DNA of 64,000 bases from an uncultured delta proteobacterium. GTDB lineage: Bacteria > Myxococcota_A > Polyangia > Fen-1088. Below the pieces are notes generated by a model. The model was not told where the DNA came from, made no database searches, and worked only from the letters and a program-made list of their open reading frames with translations. The DNA lies in the NCBI GenBank assembly GCA_963737265.1, contig CAVTRY010000016.1, positions 384,439-448,438 of the forward strand, in the 5' to 3' direction. The stretch's first letter is position 1. Every line of letters begins with the position of its first letter. Positions 62,416-64,000 of this stretch are shown here, one piece after another. The position numbers and the translations under genes are program-made.

Positions 62416-62925
62416 TCAGTAGCCGAGGAGCCCGCGGACGTAGGCGGCCTGTCCGACGTGCTGCAGGCCGTCGTCGGCGATGCTGACCAGGCGCACGCCG
62501 AGGGTGACGGGGGGATCCCAGCGCCGGTCGACCACACGGTCGAGGTCGTCGGCGGGAAGACCCCGAGCAGGGTCGCGTGTGCGGGCGCCGACCGCGGCGA
62601 GGTAGCCGAGCAGGGCGTCGGGACCGTCCGGCCGCACGGCGTGCACGTCCGCGTCGCTCGTGGCCGTAGCCGGTGTTGGAGGGATCGGGCTCGAGCCCGC
62701 AGCGACGGGCCCAAGTCCCCGCTGACCCAGACCTGCTCGGTCGCCGAGCAGCTCGGCGCCGTGGTGGTCCTGCACCCGGGCCAGGTGCCAGACCAGCCAC
62801 CCGATGGTGTTGGCCCCGGGCGCAGGCGCACGGCACAGCTGATCGGCATCGAGGCCGTCGACGGCGTCGGCGGCCAGGGGTGGGATGCGACCGTAGAGGT
62901 CCTGGAGCAGCTGCGAGACGTCCAT
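62416..62925 (-). CDS. DinB-superfamily (mycothiol transferase-like, DUF664-like) protein (indels)
   Basis: NTIGWLVWHLARVQD, WDPPVTLGVRLVS, QHVGQAAYVRG. Confidence 0.8.
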   Translation of the reverse strand: MDVSQLLQDLYGRIPPLAADAVDGLDADQLCRAPAPGANTIGWLVWHLARVQDHHGAELLGDRAGLGQRGLGPVAAGSSPIPPTPATATSDADVHAVRPDGPDALLGYLAAVGARTRDPARGLPADDLDRVVDRRWDPPVTLGVRLVSIADDGLQHVGQAAYVRGLLGY

Positions 62926-62940
62926 GGGGAGCACCTTAGG

Positions 62941-64000
62941 TGTTCTGCCCATGGACCTTGTTGACGCGAAGAATCCGCTGATGAGGTGAGCCCTCAAGGC
63001 AATGTGGAGCTGTTGACACACCCACAAAGCCAGGAGGGCTCAAAGTGCACCGTAACGCTCCGCTGACCCCCGAGGGTCGACTTCGCCTCTGTCGCCTGAT
63101 CGAAGACGGCTGGACCGTGGCGTCGGCCGCCGAATCCATGCGGATCTCCCGCCAGACGGCGCACAAGTGGTGGCGCCGCTACCAAGAGGCAGGGCGAAGC
63201 CGGCCTGGTGGATCGCTCCAGTCGGCCTCGGCGCTGCCCGACCAAGACGCCGGCCAAGGTGGAGCGCCGGGTGGTCGAGCTGCGCCGGCGCCACCAGGTC
63301 GGCGCGGCCCGACTGGCCGAGCGGGCGGGGGTCCCGGCATCGACCCTGCACCAGATCTGGGCCCGCCACGGGTGTCTCGAGACTCTCTGACCTCGAGCGC
63401 CGGACAGGCCGGGTCGTGCGCCGGATCGAGACCACTCGGCCCGGCGAGCTCGTCCACATCGACATCAAGAAGCAGGCCAAGATCCCCCAGGCGGCGGCTG
63501 GCGGGTCAACGGCGGAGGGCCAGACGGTTCGGCACGCCGAATGGCGGGCGGACGACCTCGACTCGGCTACGCCTACATCCATTCCGCCGTCGATGCCCAC
63601 TCTCGGCTGGCCTACTCAGAGGTCCATGGCCAACGAGCGGGCCATCACCGCCATCGCATTTTGGCGCCGGGCCCGGGCTTTCTTCGCCTCCTATGGCATC
63701 ACCGTCGAGCGGGTGCTGACCGACAACGGGTCGTGCTACGTCTCGAAGGCCTTCGGTGCCGAGCTGGTCGCCGTCGCCATCATCCACACCCGGACAAAGC
63801 CCTATTGCCCCCAGACCAACGGCAAGGTCGAGCGCTTCAACCGGACCCTGCTCAACGAGTGGGCCTATGCCCGGCCCTACCGCTCAGAGGCCGCCCGGAC
63901 CCGGGCCCTCGACAAGTGGCTCCACATGTACAACCATCACCGGCACCACACGGCCATCGGGGGCCCACCCATCAGCCGCGTCAACAACGTGGCTGGGCAG
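62941..64000 (+). mobile_element. IS481-family insertion sequence (transposase from 63045, indels; right end cut about 4 nt short by the window edge)
   Basis: TGT start; IRL CTGCCCATGGACCTTGTTGACGCG vs IRR reverse complement CTGCCCAGCCACGTTGTTGACGCG; HRNAPLTPEGR, HIDIK, TDNG, PQTNGKVERF, YNHHR.H. Confidence 0.93.

Noticed and set aside
56346-64000. Mass pseudogenisation or programmed frameshifting
   Set aside because: Indels are scattered through nearly every gene, including the transposase, with motifs otherwise intact; typical of unpolished long-read error.

Overview
The window is a composite of three sources. (1) 1 to ~47.9 kb is a GC-rich bacterium whose gene content suggests Myxococcota or a related deltaproteobacterium. 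It holds a TCA cluster (gltA 3' end, sucCD, GNAT, korCB, a ferredoxin-KorA fusion, sdhCAB), TPR and gamma-CA genes, a CheR/CheB-less chemosensory operon with GAF and DUF4388 proteins, a SUV3-like helicase, a frameshifted ilvC and tRNA-Ala(GGC). After the tRNA comes a ~24-kb decayed stress island that begins with an integrase remnant and mixes intact genes (lepB, SCO, GT-C, Hsp20, ClC, Prc, 6xBON, glgP, Pal) with about a dozen abutting gene fragments. Its promoters share sigma54 -24/-12 boxes and a recurring tandem palindrome (GTGGC-N5-GCCAC twice, 17-bp period), which looks like an undescribed enhancer and regulon. This is the strongest novel signal. (2) ~48 to 56.3 kb is ascomycete fungal DNA: an Ecm13-like gene, an intron-containing bZIP, an NLR remnant and a HET gene cut at the junction. 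(3) 56.3 to 64 kb is very GC-rich actinobacterial DNA with many indels: SDR, TetR with an F420-type reductase, an sqr-tusE-dsrE sulfur module, GNAT, a DinB-like gene and IS481. All calls were made by eye from motifs, with no database searches.
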